From IMG/VR virus record IMGVR_UViG_3300037465_000067, positions 1 through 49,331 of that record: a stretch of 49,331 nt of DNA; one strand, written 5' to 3'. Under the pieces are notes generated by a model. The model made no database searches and was not told the origin of the DNA. It saw only the letters and a list, made by a program, of their open reading frames with translations. Position numbers and translations under genes: made by a program. Source of the stretch: a virus. Taxonomy: Duplodnaviria > Caudoviricetes. Of the stretch, positions 46,293 to 49,331 are shown piece after piece (the stretch's first letter is position 1; the number at the start of each line of letters is the position of its first letter).

Positions 46293-46673
46293 CTAGTCCC
46301 CCCTTCCTACAACGCTTTGCTTAACGCTACGCGCCCTTGCCAAAGACTCAAGCTGTGCGGGGGATGCCTTGCGCCGCGTTTTTACCCTTGCCAGCTTCAT
46401 GGCCAGTTTAACTTGCGCCCCATCTTCCGCGCTAAACAGGGCCGAGCCTTCCCTGTCTCCGTCTTGATGAATTTCAAATCCTGCAGCCAAGAGCTTCTTT
46501 TTAGCGTTTGACCAGACGAAGGGCTTTCCGGGCATCAACATCAATCCCATCCTGGTTTCCGAGTGCTGGTATATCTGTCCAATCTTTCCCTTGGCGACAA
46601 CCTCCCCGCACTCGTCTCGGCGGAGCTTGACGCGGTACTTGGTAGAGAAAAAATCCATCAGAGATTCTGGCAC
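46293..46673 (-). CDS. Hypothetical phage protein
   Basis: AAGGAGG RBS; HQDGDREG motif, basic C-terminus. Confidence 0.75.
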   Translation of the reverse strand: MPESLMDFFSTKYRVKLRRDECGEVVAKGKIGQIYQHSETRMGLMLMPGKPFVWSNAKKKLLAAGFEIHQDGDREGSALFSAEDGAQVKLAMKLARVKTRRKASPAQLESLARARSVKQSVVGRGD

Positions 46674-46685
46674 CGTACTTCCTCC

Positions 46686-46820
46686 TTGGGAGAATTGGGG
46701 GAATTATAATTCTCCCAATAAATATATATAGAACGGCCATAATTCCCCCTGGCCGTATCTTGTTGACGGGGCGAGACTTGGGCTTGGGGGAATTGTCCAG
46801 ACGATTTTCATAATTCCCCC
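46686..46820. repeat. Candidate replication origin with AATTCCCCC repeats, two hairpins and AT tract
   Basis: Copies at 46697-46707, 46739-46749, 46786-46794, 46810-46820; AT run 46717-46730; next to helicase gene. Confidence 0.6.
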
Positions 46821-47647
46821 GCCTCCGGACGGCCCCTAACCCAGCCATTAAACCGACACTCAAAACGGTCACAATCAACGACGACTTTGATGGGCGTTAT
46901 AGGCTTTCCGCGCCTCAGCTTGAACTCTATTTCTACCTGATTCTGGTACTTTTTCTGGTTTGATTTGACTGTCAAGAAGGTGTCTCCAGATGCAAATAAA
47001 ACACTGGAGCCTCGAAGATGCTCTGGCCCGGCCTCAACATCCCGCTGAGGCTTTGTCATATGATGAATCAAAACTACAGACAGGTTGTAGCTGCGGCGAA
47101 TTCGGGACAGGTTTTTCATCACAACGCCCATCTGTTGACTGCTGTTTTCGTCAGCCGAGTTGCAATCTTTTAAGGGGTCAAACACAATCACGTCTGGCTT
47201 GACCTCTTCAATTGCCCTGTCAACCGCTTTGATTGTTGCATCGTTTTTAAGGTCAATTTCAAAGTCACAAGAATGAAAGAACAGGTTTTTGCAAACTGTA
47301 TCCAAGTCTTGCCCCGTCAACGAATTGTCAAGCGCAGAGTATCGGTTTTTAAGCTCTTCTAATCCAAGCTCTTGTTCGACAATGAGAACTTTGTGGGGCT
47401 TTGTGATTGGAAAGGCCCACAATTTCTCTTCGTGTTTTCCTTTACGGAATACGCCCCAAAGCGGCCTGGAAAGAACCAGGTCCACAGCCATAGAGCCGAC
47501 CAGGAAAGACTTGTACGTCTTTGGCTGGCCTCCGATAACCATTAAAGATTGCGGCGTCATTAAACCAGCCCCGATGCTGTAGTTGTCCTCTTGAAATTCC
47601 AGTTTTTTTACATCGCCTAGAGACAACGTGGGAACAGGTTCGGGCAT
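46808..47647 (-). CDS. AAA_25 / RepA-like SF4 helicase
   Basis: Walker A GQPKTYKS, EQE, Walker B IVFDPL, LIHHMTK, LRGSS; start placed at ATG 47647 from the promoter position. Confidence 0.85.
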   Translation of the reverse strand: MPEPVPTLSLGDVKKLEFQEDNYSIGAGLMTPQSLMVIGGQPKTYKSFLVGSMAVDLVLSRPLWGVFRKGKHEEKLWAFPITKPHKVLIVEQELGLEELKNRYSALDNSLTGQDLDTVCKNLFFHSCDFEIDLKNDATIKAVDRAIEEVKPDVIVFDPLKDCNSADENSSQQMGVVMKNLSRIRRSYNLSVVLIHHMTKPQRDVEAGPEHLRGSSVLFASGDTFLTVKSNQKKYQNQVEIEFKLRRGKPITPIKVVVDCDRFECRFNGWVRGRPEAGEL

Positions 47648-47654
47648 CCGACAC

Positions 47655-47683
47655 ACTATGATACCCGAATTCGGGTTTGTCAA
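47655..47683 (-). promoter_or_regulatory. Sigma70-type promoter for helicase with palindromic operator in spacer
   Basis: TTGACA-N17-CATAGT; perfect palindrome ACCCGAATTCGGGT at 47663-47676. Confidence 0.65.
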
Positions 47684-47755
47684 GCGGCTAAAAGTTGTCA
47701 TATCTTCTTTGTTTTCAACGAGGCTAGAAAACTTCAGAAATGTCACACTTTTTCC

Positions 47756-47783
47756 TTGACAAGCACAGAAAACGCTTTATGAT
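47756..47783 (+). promoter_or_regulatory. Sigma70-type promoter of main early operon
   Basis: TTGACA-N16-TATGAT, divergent from helicase promoter. Confidence 0.7.
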
Positions 47784-47790
47784 GGCTTGC

Positions 47791-47898
47791 GTGGAGGCAA
47801 GGCCGGCAAACTGGCGAGCGAGAACGAGGCGTGAGGGCCGATAATGATAATCTCCTGGCCTGTGAACCGACCCTCGGCTGAAATGCCGATGCCTCCAT
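47791..47898 (+). ncRNA. Structured 5' leader RNA
   Basis: GTGGAGGCA/TGCCTCCAT closing stem with internal hairpins GCCGG-CAAA-CTGGC and TCGGC-TGAAAT-GCCGA. Confidence 0.55.
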
Positions 47899-47940
47899 AT
47901 AAACCGCTGTATTATGGCGGGTGCGAAACGGGGGTGAGTA

Positions 47941-48141
47941 ATGAAAACTCCAAAAGAACAAGCAGAAGAAGCAGCGGTTCGTGTTCGAGACGCGCTTCGG
48001 ACAATCGTAGATAGCCTTCCACCGCCCAGAACCGCCACAGAGTCATGCTTGCGCGAGCAGCAGATGAACTCCATCGCCAACGAAGTCAGAAGGCTAATTC
48101 TTCAAGCAACCGCTGGCTGCTGCGACGAGGTCCATCAATGA
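47941..48141 (+). CDS. Hypothetical protein
   Basis: First ORF after early promoter. Confidence 0.6.
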   Translation: MKTPKEQAEEAAVRVRDALRTIVDSLPPPRTATESCLREQQMNSIANEVRRLILQATAGCCDEVHQ

Positions 48142-48314
48142 AGGGCAGCGCAGACGGTAGAATCACAGTCCGGGGAGTCCCCCAAGACCACATCGAGTGG
48201 CTGACCAGAATGGCTCGCGCCAGGCGCAAGCTGGGAGAGCGCGGGGCGTCTCCGTGCAAGCTGATTCGGGAAGCCATCACAGAATACATCTCCCGCAGGA
48301 GCAACGGAAAATGA
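48138..48314 (+). CDS. Ribbon-helix-helix DNA-binding protein
   Basis: RITVRGVP...L...A...S..KLIREAITEYI. Confidence 0.65.
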   Translation: MKGSADGRITVRGVPQDHIEWLTRMARARRKLGERGASPCKLIREAITEYISRRSNGK

Positions 48315-48490
48315 CTTGTGACAACTGTGACGCACCAATTGTTCCCGGAGCAGCCTTTTGTACGAAATGCGGCTCTTGGGTTTGGGTAGAAAGAACGAAT
48401 TGCACGTTTTGCGGAACTCAAATCTTTTCTTCATACAAATACTGTCCCGATTGCGGGGTTGACCTGGGCAAGCAGGGGGACAGAAATTGA
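48311..48490 (+). CDS. Double zinc-ribbon protein
   Basis: CDNC, FCTKCG, CTFCG, YCPDCG. Confidence 0.75.
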   Translation: MTCDNCDAPIVPGAAFCTKCGSWVWVERTNCTFCGTQIFSSYKYCPDCGVDLGKQGDRN

Positions 48491-48966
48491 AAATCTCTTT
48501 CACGGTGCCCGGTCAGCCTATCGGCAAAGCCAGAACCCGCAATATCGCGCTGAAGCGTTGTCGCAGATGCGGGGCTAAGACTGTCAGGCATGAGTGCCGG
48601 TGCGGGTCAAAAGACTTTGAGTTTCTGACAACAATCGAAATGACGCCGAAGGGAACGGTTGTTTATGAAAACCAAGTCGCAGCTTTCGCAAGAGAAGCGA
48701 TGTCCGCTGCCAATCTGGAGGGCTTACTCTCTGGCGGGCTTAAGGCTGTTACTCGATTCTATTTTGCAATCCCCAAAAGCCGACAGAAAAAGCTCAAAGA
48801 AGGCGACCCGCACACGCAGAAGCCCGACGCCTCGAATTGTCTCAAGTCGGTTGAAGACGGGCTGAATAAAGTCCTCTATGGGGACGACTCGCAAATCTGG
48901 CAGGTGACAGTTTCTAAGCACTGGTCGAATATGCCCAGAGCAGAGATTGAGGTAGAATCACAATGA
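48487..48966 (+). CDS. rusA: RusA family Holliday junction resolvase with zinc-ribbon insert
   Basis: FTVPGQPIGKAR, KPDASNCLKSVEDGL, DDSQI. Confidence 0.9.
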   Translation: MKISFTVPGQPIGKARTRNIALKRCRRCGAKTVRHECRCGSKDFEFLTTIEMTPKGTVVYENQVAAFAREAMSAANLEGLLSGGLKAVTRFYFAIPKSRQKKLKEGDPHTQKPDASNCLKSVEDGLNKVLYGDDSQIWQVTVSKHWSNMPRAEIEVESQ

Positions 48967-49226
48967 AAAAGGTGTTTTTGGTCTCAGCCATTATTGCAGG
49001 AGAAGCCGAGCCGCCCGGGATTTTTTCGTCAAAAGAAAAAGCAGAGGAATTCATTAGCTCGCACTCGCAAGGGCGGGATGCTGTTTACGAAAGCCACAGT
49101 GGTTCAATTTCACTGGCCGACCACGACATAATGGAGTTCACGCTAGACTCTGCCAGCGGTGAACCTGACTGGATTAGCCCGACATACCGAAACGAAAACC
49201 TAAGCTTACTGCCACGATTGAGGTAA
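48963..49226 (+). CDS. Hypothetical phage protein
   Basis: GAGG RBS; GIFSSKEKAEEF. Confidence 0.65.
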   Translation: MKKVFLVSAIIAGEAEPPGIFSSKEKAEEFISSHSQGRDAVYESHSGSISLADHDIMEFTLDSASGEPDWISPTYRNENLSLLPRLR

Positions 49227-49331
49227 AGCGATGAGCTACCGTCGTAAAACCCAAGGAGAAGGCAAGGAATTAAAATCGAAGCCACGACGCTTGGGTATTT
49301 GGATGCAGCCGCACGAGAAACAAGGTGGAAC

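Larger units (their letters stand above)
1..49331. mobile_element. Tailed dsDNA bacteriophage genome (podovirus-like), probably near-complete and circularly permuted
   Basis: Terminase, portal, capsid, adaptor, tail-tube and ejection genes in one - strand operon; recombination and accessory genes on + strand; no host housekeeping genes; no tape-measure or sheath gene. Confidence 0.93.

Noticed and set aside
47648-47746. N-terminal extension of the helicase ORF
   Set aside because: Runs through the predicted promoter and palindrome; ATG 47647 fits better
1-49331. Stop-codon reassignment
   Set aside because: All three stops terminate conserved genes with normal coupling; only one internal TGA was seen

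Overview
The window is a tailed dsDNA phage, most likely a near-complete ~49 kb circularly permuted genome with short-tailed (podovirus-like) architecture. A + strand early arm (47.8 kb to the end, apparently continuing at 1-15.2 kb) carries RusA, a PD-(D/E)XK exonuclease, a Bet/RecT-like annealing protein, a metallophosphoesterase/nucleotide-hydrolase cluster, DUF5675, an Rnl2-type RNA ligase, a DNA methyltransferase, HNH endonucleases, a SprT-like protein and many small ORFs. A - strand late arm (15.2-42.1 kb) carries terminase, portal, scaffold, Mu gpT-like capsid, adaptors, tailspike, tail tube and ejection proteins. A control region (42.1-43.1 kb) is followed by a second + strand cluster and an AAA_25/RepA-like helicase. 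I saw no integrase, DNA polymerase, reverse transcriptase, CRISPR array or canonical tRNA. Most interesting signals: (1) many intergenic G-U-containing stem-closed RNA elements on the early transcript, some tRNA-sized and one ending in ACCA, in a genome that also encodes an RNA ligase and a minimal nucleotidyltransferase; (2) a XerC/D dif-like site in an integrase-less phage; (3) a sigma54 promoter with an IHF site; (4) an origin-like locus with two hairpins showing the same loop on opposite strands; (5) two homing endonucleases each carrying a duplicated peptide from a neighbouring gene; (6) an apparent ATC start for the tailspike. All family calls come from motifs recognised by eye and all RNA structures were paired by hand; no searches or folding were run.
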